Assembly (NCBI GenBank): GCA_964016885.1
Contig: OZ024744.1
Coordinates: 106,206,001 to 106,270,000 of the forward strand
Direction of reading: 5' to 3'
DNA length: 64,000 nucleotides
DNA from: Eledone cirrhosa
Lineage: Eukaryota
The translations under genes and the position numbers were made by a program. The notes beneath the pieces were generated by a model. The model saw nothing but the letters and a program-made list of their open reading frames with translations, searched no databases and was not told where the DNA came from. Positions within the stretch are counted from its first letter, which is position 1, and each line of letters starts with the position of its first letter. Below are positions 13,085 through 25,552 of the stretch, one piece after another.

Positions 13085-13648
13085 TTAGATCATGATTACA
13101 AGCAGCTGAAATGGGGCTCCTTCGAAGGGTCTATGGCGTAACGTTACTTGATAGCATGTGTAGCTCAGAGATCAGAGAGTCACTCCAGGTAGACCCACAA
13201 CTTCTCTAAATTGAGAGATGACAGCTCTTCTGATACTATGGGCATGTGGTTAGAATGTCCCAGGAAAGAATCAGTGGATAGATTTTACAGGCAAAAACCA
13301 ACCGGCAGGAGACCCAGGGGTAGATGACGTCCATGGAGCTTGGCTGATTTCGTGAGGTGATCCATCTGGATCTATTGGAGATGGTTAGTTCTAACAGGAA
13401 CCACTGGAAGGAATGTTTCAGAACTCTGACACCACAACCCTCTCAGGAATAAGTGAGTGGTGAAGAAGAAGAAGAAGAAGGAGGAGGAGGAGGAGAAGAA
13501 GAAGTAGAAGAAGAAGAAGGAGGAGGAGGAGAAGTAGAAGAAGAAAAAGAAGAAAAAGAAGAAAAAGAAGAAGAAGAAGAAGAAGATGAAGAAGGAGAAT
13601 GAGGAGGAGGGGGAGGAGGAGAAGAAGAAGAAGAAGAAGAAGAAGATA
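13085..13648 (+). mobile_element. Old RTE-like 3' fragment followed by a (GAA/GAG)n tract
   Basis: Degenerate LRYYGHVVRM / RRPRGR-like coding; purine triplet tail. Confidence 0.55.
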
Positions 13649-14411
13649 ATACAAAGCCTCACATTTTAACTATTGTTTATTCTTATATTAAAACTTTCCA
13701 TCATAATTTTATTTCAGAAATATTTAAGCAATGTTCTAAATATCAGCTTACTAATGGAAAACTTAGTTATCAAACTCCTCCAAATATTAGGTTATGTTTT
13801 GAAATAAAACACATTAGAAATATGATAATGAAAGGCTTAAGCAATGATGTATAATGTTTCTGATTTGAAATACAGTGGTTTGCTTCTGTTAATAAAGTAA
13901 TTTATTATTGAAAACATCCACATCTTTTGTGGCTAGTTGCCACATTTTGATTAAATTAAGTTTAGTTTTGATGACTCAGTTAAAACCTTGACCAAACCTC
14001 TACATGGTTATTGTCCTGACTGAATCTCCCTGCATGGTTATCACCTATTTCATGTATGGCCAGAGAACAGCAAGTCTCACACACTCATTCACAGCAGCCA
14101 TAAAAAGCTTGTCCACACACCATGCCGCTTATAGACCTACAGAGGCCAAGAGATGGCCCCAAACTTCCAATGTGACATCACTGGTACCTCACCTTCAGCA
14201 AGACCTCCACTGTATGTCTGGCACCCTAGCCCCACAGTTATGTAGAATGGAATCCTCCCATCTTAAGACACATTAAAGAAATAAAATTGCCTTGTTCATT
14301 GACCGCCCCCCCCCTCTCTGGATGAGTGTTACATCTGGTCTTCAGGTACACCCTTTCATTGGATACAAGCTTGTCACATGACACATCAAATTTTTAGTCC
14401 AGCCCTTGAAT

Positions 14412-14602
14412 TAATTGTTTCTACTTTTGGCACAAGGTCAGCAATTACCCAGTGCATTACTGGTACTTTATTTTATCGACCCCATAAGGATGAAAGGCAA
14501 AGTTAACCTCGGCGGGATTTGAACTCAGAATGGCAAGGGCCGTAACTCTATGCGTCAGAGCATGGCATCCGACCCTCTACCGATACTACCAATCCACCGC
14601 CC
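14412..14602 (-). mobile_element. tRNA-derived SINE (Meta-like core) with TSD tccagcccttgaattaat
   Basis: Reverse complement of the 12878 copy; 18-bp direct repeat. Confidence 0.88.
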
Positions 14603-14941
14603 ATTGAATCCAGCCCTTGAATTAATGAAGAATAATCTAGAAACTTTTAGTCACATGACAGCTGGTTTTTAAAACTAAATGAAAATCTTAAAACATGGAG
14701 GGATGTTTAAAATTCTTCCTGAATCAATATCAGTTAGATTTGTAAGTTTTGCTGCATATTTCAACCAATTATTCCTTTCACTAGGATTTTTCTTCAAGAT
14801 ACTAAGTATTGTGTATTCTTTAGAAATGAGAATTATACTTTCAGAAAGGTATTTAAGAGGGTGAAGCATTGTGTGAGTATGTTATTCAAAGGCCATGTTT
14901 CGCATTCTTGTAGCTTTCAAATAACATATTACTTTAGCAAA

Positions 14942-14987
<46 letters not shown>

Positions 14988-15194
14988 TTATTTGATATAT
15001 ATTTATCCTTATCGAGCCCTCTTTGGATTTTAGTCTTCAAATTTATTATTATTACTATATATATATATATATATATATATATGAATGAATGAATAGTATA
15101 TTTGGCAATATACCCTATGTTTAATTAAAAACATTTAGAGTTTTAAAGTAGTGACTATGTCACTTACTTCTTTTCGGCAAAAGAAGGGAGAGAA

Positions 15195-15234
15195 GCTGAC
15201 AGTCTGTTTCATGCTGGTTGGCGTTCATCAGAGC
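15195..15234 (-). ncRNA. Compact type-I hammerhead ribozyme, family F, in a 300-bp unit with terminal direct repeats (15081-15427)
   Basis: GCT-CTGATGA-ACGCCAACCAGCAT-GAAA-CAGACTG-TC^AGC; distal stem I extension ttttcggcaaa/tttgccgaaaa. Confidence 0.75.
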
Positions 15235-15755
15235 GACGTACTCTCTTGCCTTTGCCGAAAATTATGGAAGCTGGATTCTTATAGAATTCCAGTAATAATC
15301 AGGAGCTGATTATACAGAGTAATTGCCGGTTCAGCAAAAATTAGGTGTTAGGATTGGTGCTCTGAAATAGCGATGTATACATGAATGTATGTATAGTATA
15401 TTTGGCAATATACCGTATGTTTAATTATATATATATACATATATATATATTTATATATATATATATATATATATATAAATATAAATTAGCGAGAATTGTA
15501 TTTTGGCTATTGGAAATTAGCGAAAAACAACTTCCGAGATGTGTGGCAAGCGCTCAATAGATTCTAATGAACCAGAGCTACATCATAAGTTAAAAGGCCA
15601 AACACACTGAGACGATGGTTAAACCTTTATCCGCACAGCCATAGAAACGACCAAGTAATTTGGGTAAAAGAAAAAAAAAATTATGATTGATATATATACA
15701 TACATACATACATGTATGTATATATATATATCAATCATATTTTTTTTATATATAT

Positions 15756-15787
<32 letters not shown>

Positions 15788-15789
15788 GT

Positions 15790-16580
15790 ATACAAATGTA
15801 AGATATCAAATATGTTAGAATGTTGTGCTTCTCAATAAACAAGCTCAATAGACTTTATCTAGAGCCATAATAAATCAAATGTAAAAGATATATGTTTATA
15901 TATAGAGAGAGAGAAAGAACCATATATTGTAGAGAACACAATATATTGTATATATAGAGAGAGAAAGAACCATATATTGTAGAGAACACAATATATTGTA
16001 TATATAGAGAGAGAAAGAACCATATATTGTAGAGAACACAATATATTGTATATATACTAAATACATATTTCAGAGAGGAATATGTACTGAAGATGGAATC
16101 AGTAGAGACGCTATAGCGCTATTTTGTATTCAATAGACTGTAATTTAAAATCAATCTATGTAACTATCGATTATAATTAAACTACAGGAGACTCAGAACA
16201 CTCTACACAATACGAAATAGCAATATGAGGTCTCTAATGATTCCACCTTGAGTACATAGTCTTCGATGGAATATGTATTTAGTATATATACAATATACTG
16301 TTTCTCTGGATATATGGTTCTTTCACTATATATATACAATATATTGTGTTCTCTACAATATATGGTTCTTTCTCTCTCTATATATACAATATATTGTGTT
16401 CTCTACAATATATGGTTCTTTCTCTCTCTATATATACAATATATTGTGTTCTCTACAATATATGGTTCTTTCTCTCTATATATATACAATATATTGTGTT
16501 CTCTACAATATATGGTTCTTTCTCTCTATATATATACAATATATTGTGTTCTCTACAATATATGGTTCTTTCTCTCTATA
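15790..16580. mobile_element. Family G foldback containing a 50-bp minisatellite; right arm interrupted by the RTE LINE and resuming at about 21080-21250
   Basis: Inverted arms about 15890-16110 and 16230-16580; tail gctc..tattgagc on the minus strand at 15843-15865. Confidence 0.7.
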
Positions 16581-19500
16581 TCATCATCATCATCATCATC
16601 AACGTTTAACGTCCGTGTTCCACGCTTGCATGGGTTTGGACGGGGGTAGTCCCACTTGAGGCAAGAGTGATTGTCTTGCTCGCATAGGACTGTCTGGCAG
16701 GTTTTCTACAGTTGGATGCCCTTCCTAACACCAACCACATTTACAGTGTGGGTCTGGGAGGTTTTTACCGTGTTGCCTACACGACCACATTACAGCGTGG
16801 ACTGTGTGTTTTTTTGTCGTGACACCTACACGATCTCATTTGTTTCGGCCTGGATGGCGCGGCACCAACATAACTTTACATAGAACGGGGTGGTGTGGAT
16901 GGGGTGGGGGTGGTGGCGGGACGGGGTGTATTTTGTTAGAGATGCCTACTGGCAAGGCGGGTCTTCTCTGTTACTGAGTACCGCCAAAGGTCTCGGTCCA
17001 GTGACATTGTCTTGGAGAGGTGTAAGTGTGTGAGGTCGGAGTTTATCAGCTCGTCCCAGGTTTTTCTAGGTCTGCCTATTCCGTGGCTACCGTCTATCTT
17101 TATTGCCCTGCACTTTGTTATACAGCTATCGACTTTCATGCGCATCACGTGTCCATACCAACGTAACCTTCTCTCGAGTAAACAACATCTGATCCCTCTT
17201 ATCTCTAATTTTTTCCTTAGTTCGTTTATGCTTTGCCGTTCACGTATATTACTGTTACACATCCAGCGGAGCATGCAAGCTTCGTTCCTCTCTAGTCTGC
17301 GTATATCCTCTGCACACAATGCCCAGGTCTCACTGCCATGCAACATTGCTGTTCGTATGCAGGCATCGTACAACCTGCCTTTCATTTTTAGGGAGAACCC
17401 TTTAGCAGCTAATAGTGGTATAAGCTCTCTGAACTTTTTCCAACCAGTTCTGACTCTAGCTACAGTACTTTCAGAGCACCCTCCCCCACTGCTGATTTTA
17501 TCGCCCAGGTAACGGAAGCTGTCCACTATTTCTATAGAACCCTCTGCGCAATTGAAAGAGCTAGTATTTTGTGGGCACTTGCTGCTACTTATTGCACCAG
17601 AACACCGGCCACATGTAAAATCTATGTTCTTAGTTAGCTTACCTGTGATCCCACTACATCTTTTATGCACCCATACTTTGCATTTAGGACATAAAATGGA
17701 GTTTCTACCTACGCCTTTCCTACACACCGAGCACGACCATTTCCCAGAAGGGACCGCCGCCTTGTTTTCTTTCCTACAAACTAGAACTTTGGTCTTAGCC
17801 AGGTTAATTTTAAGTCCTTTTGACTCTAGGCCGTGCTTCCATGTTTGGAATTTCTTCTCTAGCTCGGCCATTGATTCCGCTATGAGTGTCAGGTCGTCTG
17901 CGTATAGAAGTTCCCATGGGCAGCCTGTCTTGAACTCCTCTGTTATAGCCTGAAGGGCAATAATAAATAGTAGGGGGTTGAGAACAGAGCCCTGATGGAC
18001 GCCAACTTTTACGCTAAACTCTTCACTATATTCGTTGTTAATTCTAACCTTGCTGACTGTTTCTTTATACATGGCTTGTATAGCCCTCACAAGCCATTCG
18101 TCAACGCCTAGTTTTCTAAGAGCCCACCAGATAATGGAGCGGGGGACTCTGTCGAAGGCTTTCTCCAAGTCGACAAAAGCTAAGTAGAGGGGTTTACCTT
18201 TAGCTAGGAACTTCTCCTGTAGTTGTCGTACTATGAAAAGAGCGTCTGTGGTACTTTTGCCTGACACAAACCCGAACTGCATTTCATCTAGGTCAATTCT
18301 CTCTCTGATTAGTTGCGCTATTACTTTTTCCGTGACCTTCATGACCTGGTCGATTAATTTAATGCCTCTATAGTTACTCCTATCTAGGGCGTCTCCTTTA
18401 CCCTTATAACAGTTAACGATGATGCTGCTATGCCAGTCCTTCGGAACAACCCCATTCTGTACGACATGGTTAACTATGCGAGTGACCATGGTGTGTCCCA
18501 CCATGCCAGATGCCTTCAGCATCTCAGCAACTATTTCCGAAGGCCCAGCCGCCTTACCTGTCTTCATATCCTTGATTGCCTTACTTATTATACTCCCCTC
18601 GACTAACACTGCTGGTCCCTCTATTGGGTCGATATGGGGGAGACTGTCTTTCTCCCATTTATTCTCCTCATTTAGTAGCCTTTCATAGTGACACTTCCAA
18701 GCTACCTTCTTATCAGTGTCGGTGATGGCAAGTATGCCATCATCGTTAAGTACACACTTCTCCCCGACAATATCACGGTTTTCCTTGACGCATTGCCTAG
18801 CAATCCTGAACACCTCACGTTTTTGGTCATCGCGTTGTAGAACATGCTTGAACTTTCTTTCCTCAGCTTCCCTTCTTGCTAAGTACACTTCTCTCCTAGC
18901 TTCCCTCTTGGCCACTTGATAGTCTACTCTACTTCCCCCATCCCGCCATACTTTCCAAGCCTGCTTTTTGGCCTTAATTGACCCCTCCACCTTACTGTTC
19001 CACCACCATGTTACTCTCCTCCTGCCTACAGGCCTGCTCCAGCCACAGACTTCGTCTGTCGCCAACAGCAGGTTTGCTTTCAGAAATTCCCACTGTCCCT
19101 CTATATTGTCCGACTCTAAATGTTCTTCCTTACTGTCGAAAGCATCAAGTAATATGTTTTGAAATTTATTTTTGGCTGTGGGGTCCTTTAGCTTCCATAT
19201 TTTTCTCCTGAGGATAGTCCTCTTCTGCTGTCGAGTACGTCTCGTCCTGACTATGAGGTCGCTAATTATCAGTCTATGTTGGGAGGTGCATTCTTCATGG
19301 GGGAGGGAGTTAGTGTTTACAACAGACACTCTGTCACATCTTCTGGTAAGGATATAATCTACCTGGCTTGTGTGTTCCCCGGATCTATAGGTGATCAGGT
19401 GATTGTCACGTTTTTTGAAGTTAGTGTTACAGATAGTTAGGTTATTTGCATCACAGAATTCCAGGATTCTGGAGCCTTCCTCATTTCTAGTACCAAACCC

Positions 19501-20694
19501 ATAGCCTCCATGGATTTCGTCGTAGCCGTCACAATGTTGTCCAACGTGACCATTTAGGTCGCCTGCAATAATTATATAGTCACTGTCAGATATTTGGGAG
19601 GTAGTGAGCATCAGTGTCTCATAGAATCTGTCTTTTATAGTGCCGGGCAGTCCGGATTGGGGTGCGTACGCAGATATTACTGTCACCGTAGTTCTATTGA
19701 GGACAAGTCGTATTTTAATTATTCTGTCGTTCACTCTATTTACGTCTATTATCTTATCTGCCCACTTTTCTGCTACCATGATTCCTACTCCACCCAGCCC
19801 ATCGTCGTTTCCCACCCAGAAAAGCTTATAACATCGTTTTTTACCCTCAATGAATCTAGCAGACCCACCCCTCCACCTGGTCTCTTGAATACAACAAACA
19901 TCGACCTCCTTACGTTCAAGCATTTCTACAACCTCGTTAGCGCGACTCTTTAGGGTGCCTACATTTATGGTACCAACTCTGAAGTTTTGGATTGCGTTTG
20001 GAGGGTGGGGGTAGTGGGGGGCGGGGGGAGATGGGGTTATGTTAGCCATCCGCGGGCGAAACAAAGAGGAGTGCTCGCATTCTCGTCCACGAGGTGAATT
20101 TGACTTTAACTTTGGCATTTTCGCTCTGAGCGTCCAGATTTTTCTCTCCTTTCCACTCTCCAGGATTCCGCAGTCCGTCCATCCATCCATCCATCCATCA
20201 TATATCGAAGGCAACCGTGCAAGCGATAGTATAGGCCTCTGGCTTATGATTGGTCTGCGTAATAATAATAATGGTGATGCGTGTGGGGGGGGGGTCTCTG
20301 GCTTATAATAATAATAATGGTGATGCGTGTGGGGGGGTCTCTGGCTCATGATTGGTCCACGTATTAAGAATGGTGGTGTGTGGGGGCGGGTGGGAGGGGT
20401 GTGGGGTAGCTAGCTGGAAGGTTATGAATGTTTAACAAGCGATTAACAAAAAGCAAAACTGCAAGATTTGTTCTGTTCAATACGACAAAAACACCGTATT
20501 TAAACCTTAATAAATAACAAAAATACAGATTTCGGATTTTGCGAGATTGGATGTTTGGACTATGTACGAAATTGTGGTGTGTGGAGTAGATAGGAAAAAC
20601 GTGAACGTTACGATTACATGGTTACACCGTAGTAGGGATAGTTGAAGCAGCAATTGTTTGGCGAAAGTGAATAAACATGAACGGGAATTTATCT

Positions 20695-20729
<35 letters not shown>

Positions 20730-20880
20730 AGCTAAGAGAGAGAGAGAGAGAGGGGAAGGGGAAGAGAGAGATAGTGGGAAGGGGGAGAGAGAGAGAGAGA
20801 GAGTGGCTGACCGCAACCCCTCGTGAAGAAGATGGTGGGTGAAGGGTGTATGAGCGGGATTTTTGACTTTCGAGGTAGCA
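16581..20880 (-). mobile_element. Apparently full-length RTE-clade LINE (5' boundary approximate)
   Basis: Single uninterrupted EN-RT ORF, 355-bp 3' UTR, (GAT)n tail. Confidence 0.93.
16936..20349 (-). CDS. RTE LINE polyprotein: AP endonuclease, reverse transcriptase and PHD-like C4HC3 finger (true start probably downstream of the first ATG)
   Basis: GTINVGTL, CIQETRW, SAYAPQ, GDLNGHVG, VDYIL, SQHRL (APE); FVDLEKAFD, QGS, YADD (RT). Confidence 0.96.
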   Translation of the reverse strand: MSQRPPHTHHHYYYYKPETPPPHASPLLLLRRPIISQRPILSLARLPSIYDGWMDGWTDCGILESGKERKIWTLRAKMPKLKSNSPRGRECEHSSLFRPRMANITPSPPAPHYPHPPNAIQNFRVGTINVGTLKSRANEVVEMLERKEVDVCCIQETRWRGGSARFIEGKKRCYKLFWVGNDDGLGGVGIMVAEKWADKIIDVNRVNDRIIKIRLVLNRTTVTVISAYAPQSGLPGTIKDRFYETLMLTTSQISDSDYIIIAGDLNGHVGQHCDGYDEIHGGYGFGTRNEEGSRILEFCDANNLTICNTNFKKRDNHLITYRSGEHTSQVDYILTRRCDRVSVVNTNSLPHEECTSQHRLIISDLIVRTRRTRQQKRTILRRKIWKLKDPTAKNKFQNILLDAFDSKEEHLESDNIEGQWEFLKANLLLATDEVCGWSRPVGRRRVTWWWNSKVEGSIKAKKQAWKVWRDGGSRVDYQVAKREARREVYLARREAEERKFKHVLQRDDQKREVFRIARQCVKENRDIVGEKCVLNDDGILAITDTDKKVAWKCHYERLLNEENKWEKDSLPHIDPIEGPAVLVEGSIISKAIKDMKTGKAAGPSEIVAEMLKASGMVGHTMVTRIVNHVVQNGVVPKDWHSSIIVNCYKGKGDALDRSNYRGIKLIDQVMKVTEKVIAQLIRERIDLDEMQFGFVSGKSTTDALFIVRQLQEKFLAKGKPLYLAFVDLEKAFDRVPRSIIWWALRKLGVDEWLVRAIQAMYKETVSKVRINNEYSEEFSVKVGVHQGSVLNPLLFIIALQAITEEFKTGCPWELLYADDLTLIAESMAELEKKFQTWKHGLESKGLKINLAKTKVLVCRKENKAAVPSGKWSCSVCRKGVGRNSILCPKCKVWVHKRCSGITGKLTKNIDFTCGRCSGAISSSKCPQNTSSFNCAEGSIEIVDSFRYLGDKISSGGGCSESTVARVRTGWKKFRELIPLLAAKGFSLKMKGRLYDACIRTAMLHGSETWALCAEDIRRLERNEACMLRWMCNSNIRERQSINELRKKLEIRGIRCCLLERRLRWYGHVMRMKVDSCITKCRAIKIDGSHGIGRPRKTWDELINSDLTHLHLSKTMSLDRDLWRYSVTEKTRLASRHL

Positions 20881-21261
20881 TGATATATATATTTAAAGTA
20901 ATTTATAAGAAGTAGAATGGGAAGGATTTTGTTTTTTTGTTTGAGAATACGATAGAATTAAGGAATTGGAGGATACGATAGAATTAAGAATGGGAAGGAT
21001 TTTGTTTTTTGTTTGGGAATACGATGGAATTAAGGAATTTAAGGAATTGGAGAATACGATAAAATTAAGGGAATATATATACATATATTGTGTTCTCTAC
21101 AATATATGGTTCTTTCTCTCTCTATATATACAATATATTGTGTTCTCTACAATATATGGTTCTTTCACTATATATATACAATATATTCTGTTCTCTGAAT
21201 ATATGGTTCTTTCTCTATATATGCATATATCTTTTTCATTTGCTTTATATATATATATATC

Positions 21262-21740
21262 TAGAAGTCAATGGAAGCCGTGGAGTGGGGAGACCCAAGA
21301 AGACCTGGGATGAGGGGATAAAAGCCGACCGTACCCAATTGCACCTCTCAAAGGCGATGACACATGACCGTGACCTCTGGTCTTACCCAGTAATCCAGAA
21401 GTCCCGACTTCCCACGGGTACAAGCCGAAGCTGAAGCATATTGACAATATGCCCCTACCCCCTCCCACTGCAAAGTGGTCGTGGAGGTGGCACAGCAAAA
21501 AAGCACCCAGCCCACACTGTAAAGTGTTCGTGTAGGCACCATGGAAAAAAAGCACCCAGCACTCACTGTAAATGAGGTTGGTGTTAGGAAGGGCATCCAG
21601 CTGTAGAAATCAAGCCAGAATCAGTTCCTGTATGAGCAAGACAAAGTCAGGTGACTGGACAATGCCCACAACAGGACAACCTGTCTAACCCATGCTAGCG
21701 TGAAAGAATGGACGTAAAACAGTGATGATGATGATGATGA
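21262..21740 (+). mobile_element. 5'-truncated RTE (GRPKKTW C-terminus plus 3' UTR)
   Basis: Same subfamily as 11290-11912 and 39315-39766. Confidence 0.88.
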
Positions 21741-21818
21741 TATTTGCCTCAGCATTCATTAATATTTACACCAAAACAATGCACACATCACATTACATTA
21801 ATTTTATTGTAATTGATT

Positions 21819-22155
21819 GTGGAGGTACATGGCTGAGTGGTTAGAGCATTGGCCTTGCAATCAAAAGGTTGTGAGTTCAATTCTCAGACCGGGTGATATG
21901 TTGTTTCCTTGAGCAAGACACTTTATTTCACATTGCTCCAGTTTACTCAGCTGTAGAAATGAGATGATAGGACTGGGGTCCCTATCATTCCACTGTAAAG
22001 TGTTCATGTAGGCACCATGGAAACAAAGCACCCAGCACTCACTGTAAATGAGGTTGGTGTTAGGAAGGGCATCCAACTGTAGAAATCAAGCCAGAATCAG
22101 TTCCCGTCCTACCCTTGCAAGCAGGGAAAAGCGGATGTAAAATGATGACGATGAT
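21819..22155 (+). mobile_element. tRNA-head SINE with ccttgagcaagacac core and RTE-derived 3' end
   Basis: A box tggctgagtggttagagc, B box gagttcaattc; second copy at 26906. Confidence 0.85.
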
Positions 22156-22359
22156 AATGTTGAGTTTATATCATTTATTACTTTCCTTACGTAGTAATGT
22201 TATGTTAAAGTTATGTGATTATTATTTGTACCCATCTTTCTTTCTTTGTTATTTAATAAACTGATTTTAAACCTTCTGACACATTTTCACTACAGTTATG
22301 TAGTTCACTCTATTTTCACTACAGTCTTCAAACCTATTTGCTTAGTGTCTATACTAAGG

Positions 22360-22630
22360 ACATTTCATTGTGACACTAGTACTACCACTTTACAGAATGT
22401 ACATGGTGTATTTTATTGTGGTACCAGCACTACCACTTTACAAAGTGTACATTGTACATTTCACTGGTGTACCAGCCTTACCACTTTACAGAGTGTACAT
22501 AGTACATTTCATTGTGGTACCAGCACTACCACTTTACAGAGTGTACATGGTACATTTCACTGTGGTACCAACTGTACCACTTTACAGAGTGTACCAGTCT
22601 TTACAGAATGGGCTGGGTACATTTTATTGT
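22360..22630. repeat. 48-bp degenerate minisatellite
   Basis: Repeated ttcattgtggtaccagcactaccactttacagagtgtacat. Confidence 0.85.
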
Positions 22631-22759
22631 GGCTTCAGTGCCATATTTAGCAGTGTAGTCAATTTCACTCACAAGGCATAACTCAGGTTTTTATAGCAGA
22701 AACTTGCTTAAGGTGTCACACAGTGGATAATTTACAACAATGAAAACTGATTAACTTAC

Positions 22760-22810
22760 AGTTGGTCTGTTGTCCTCCATACTTTTCTTAGAATAACCAT
22801 TCTCATCCTC
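22760..22810 (-). CDS. CEP104: CEP104 exon 8 of window (linker): EDENGYSKKSMEDNRPT
   Basis: gttcag/gtaagt splice sites, 51 bp, phase 0-0; unique sequence among repeats; no homology support. Confidence 0.6.
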
Positions 22811-23447
22811 CTGAACAGCAAAAACAGTTCATTTCAGTAAAACATATTTCATAATTTTTTTATTGTGTAATGAGGTGAGGTGAGGTCAGGGACTATGGTG
22901 TAGTGAGGGAGGTCAGTGACTATGGTGAGGTGAGGTGAGGTGAGGTGAGGTGAGGTGAGGTCAGTGACTATGATGTAGTGAGGTGAGGTCAGTGACTATG
23001 GTGTAGTGAGGTGAGGTGAAGTCAGTGACTATGGTGTAGTGAGATTGGGAAGGGGAGTGACTATGATGTAGTGAGGTGGGGAAGGTCAGTGACCATGTAG
23101 ATGTAGTGAGGTGAATGACCCTGATAGTATACTTAGATGAGGAAGGACAATGTTATCTTCAGTCATGAGACTTGGTCTAAATGTTTCACTTGAGATGATT
23201 TTAGAGTGGACTCTACTAAAATCATCTCAAGCAATTGTTTAAATCTACAAAGAACAGAAAATGTCTCTCCAATTGGCTTCCAGTCGTTTTGCTTCTATCA
23301 AATCTTACAAGGTTTTGGCCGACCTAAGTCATTTTTATAAGACACCATGCAGTAAGATAGAACTTGAAACCACATAGTTTCAATATGAACTCCTTAATCA
23401 AAGCAATACTTCCAAGAACTTTTCCAGGACATATGCGTCTGTTTGTA

Positions 23448-24058
23448 GTTGGAAGTTAGGAAGCTATTCTGAGATCAAAGACAGCCTCAATTGCTAGAAG
23501 TTAGGAAGCTATTCTGAGATCAAAGACTGAGCCTCAATTGCTGGAAGTTAGGAAGCTATTCTGAGACCAAAGACTGAGCCTCAATTGTTGGAAGTTAGGA
23601 AGCTATTCTGAGATCAAAGATTGAGCCTCAATTGTTGGAAGTTAGGAAGCTATTCTGAGATCAAAGACAGCCTCAATTGCTGGAAGTTAGGAAGCTATTC
23701 TGAGATCAAAGACAGCCTCAATTGCTGGAAGTTAGGAAGCTATTCTGAGATCAAAGACAACCTCAATTGCTGGAAGTTAGGAAGCTATTCTGAGATCAAA
23801 GACTAAGCCTCAATTACTGGAAGTTAGGAAGCTATTCTGAGATCAAAGACTGAGCCTCAATTGCTGGAAGTTAGGAAGCTATTCTGAGATCAAAGACTGA
23901 GCCTCAATTGCTGGAAGTTAGGAAACTATTCTGAGACCAAAGACTGAGCCTTAATTGTTAGAAGTTAGGAAGCTATTCTGAGATCAAAGACTGAGCCTCA
24001 ATTACTGGAAGTTAGGAAGCTATTCTGAGATCAACAACTGAGCCTCAATTGCTGGAAG
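23448..24058. repeat. 45/47-bp minisatellite
   Basis: gaagttaggaagctattctgagatcaaagac(tg)agcctcaattgctg, about 13 copies. Confidence 0.95.
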
Positions 24059-24175
24059 GGAGTAAAATCTGCTTAAGTCACCCATGGATTAGAATTGTGT
24101 GTTAAATTGAGTGAAAGATTAAATCTACTACTCATTATTATGTACGATATAAGATGACTTAAGAATAATACATAC

Positions 24176-24262
24176 CATTTTACTAATAGCTGTCCTCGTT
24201 GTCTTCAGATCATTATTCAATGTGCCTACTTCCACAGGTTTCTTTACTGGTTGTTCCAACTT
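24176..24262 (-). CDS. CEP104: CEP104 exon 7 of window: KLEQPVKKPVEVGTLNNDLKTTRTAISKM
   Basis: cacag/gtatgt splice sites, 87 bp, phase 0-0; position fits the post-TOG coil. Confidence 0.68.
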
Positions 24263-24477
24263 CTGTGGTTGTGAGAAGATATTGTTATAATATCGTCATA
24301 AATAATGATAAAACACACTCACTGTTTGGTTTGGGTTGGTTTAGCTGGCAATCAATGTTTATCATTGATGGACCAACAGTTAAATATATAGATATAAATA
24401 TATATATAAAGTCTATCAAAGTTCTTTCATCACACACCTGTGACATCATCAGTGATATGTTTCCTCCTACGAGAATG

Positions 24478-24869
24478 TAAAGAGGGATGTGAGGAAGGGC
24501 ATTACTGTTGCATTTCCAGACGGTGAGGGTCCTCCTATAGTGCTGACATGCAGCGTCTGTGCGAGATTCTGCCTCAGCAAAGCTGGACTCGAAAGTCATC
24601 TTCACAGTCATAAAGTAAGACCAGTGGTTGACTACCAGGCTGCGGTTGGAGATGCTACTCATCATGCTTGCCTAGCATGTGGTAGAGAATGTAAATCAGC
24701 AGGAGGGCTCAAACGACATGCAAAAATACATGAACTCCAACCACAGCCGACTATTCCCAGTGAATATTTTGGTTGTCGACTCTGTGCAAGACATTTTAGA
24801 TCATTGGCTGGGCTAAAAAGCCACATTCGATCACAGCGCTGTTAATTGCTATCGTGTGTGTTTGTTTGT

Positions 24870-24901
<32 letters not shown>

Positions 24902-25045
24902 TATTATTGTTGTTGTTGTTATTATTGTTGTTATCATTATTATTATTATTGTTGTTATTGTTATTATTATCATTATTATTATTATGATTTTTTTTTTTCG
25001 TGCAATGGCTATACTCGATAACGAAGGGGGCAGCCATTATGTATG
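24478..25045 (+). mobile_element. 3' fragment of the C2H2-finger-bearing RTE LINE
   Basis: Three C2H2 fingers; near-identical to 49826-50190 and its 3' UTR. Confidence 0.9.
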
Positions 25046-25552
25046 TATGTTAGAAATAGTCGGGCGGGACACCCGATCACCCGATCGCCTTTGTCAGGGC
25101 ATTCTTCTAGGAGAAGGCAACTCAGGAAACTGGGATAACTACGATATAAAACCTGCGGCTCAGTAGTTACCGATGATGTTGATCTTTTCTCTTTTCGGGT
25201 TATAGCTACTGTCGCTCAGAGAGTGGGATTGGCTCAGTGCACAGTCTTTCCTCACTTTAAAAAATATCTTCACACACAGGTATTGCATGATAGAATTAAT
25301 TAATAATTATTAATAATTGTATATCGTGCAATGGCCATACTCGATAACGAGGGAGCAGCCATCATGTATGTGTGTATCCCATCCAATGCATAACATTGAC
25401 TATGTTATCCAATATTAATTTTTCCTTTTTTTTTTATTTTAGTGTAATTTTGAGGGAGATTTAGCTAACATTTCTAATAAGTAAAGCAACTTCTTTGAGG
25501 TTCCTTTTTAGTCTAAATTTAATGTTGATAACAGGACCAGCTGCTGACATCT

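Noticed and set aside
20800-20882. HDV-like ribozyme at the RTE 5' end
   Set aside because: Partial P1/P3 resemblance, but no P2 partner or J4/2 found
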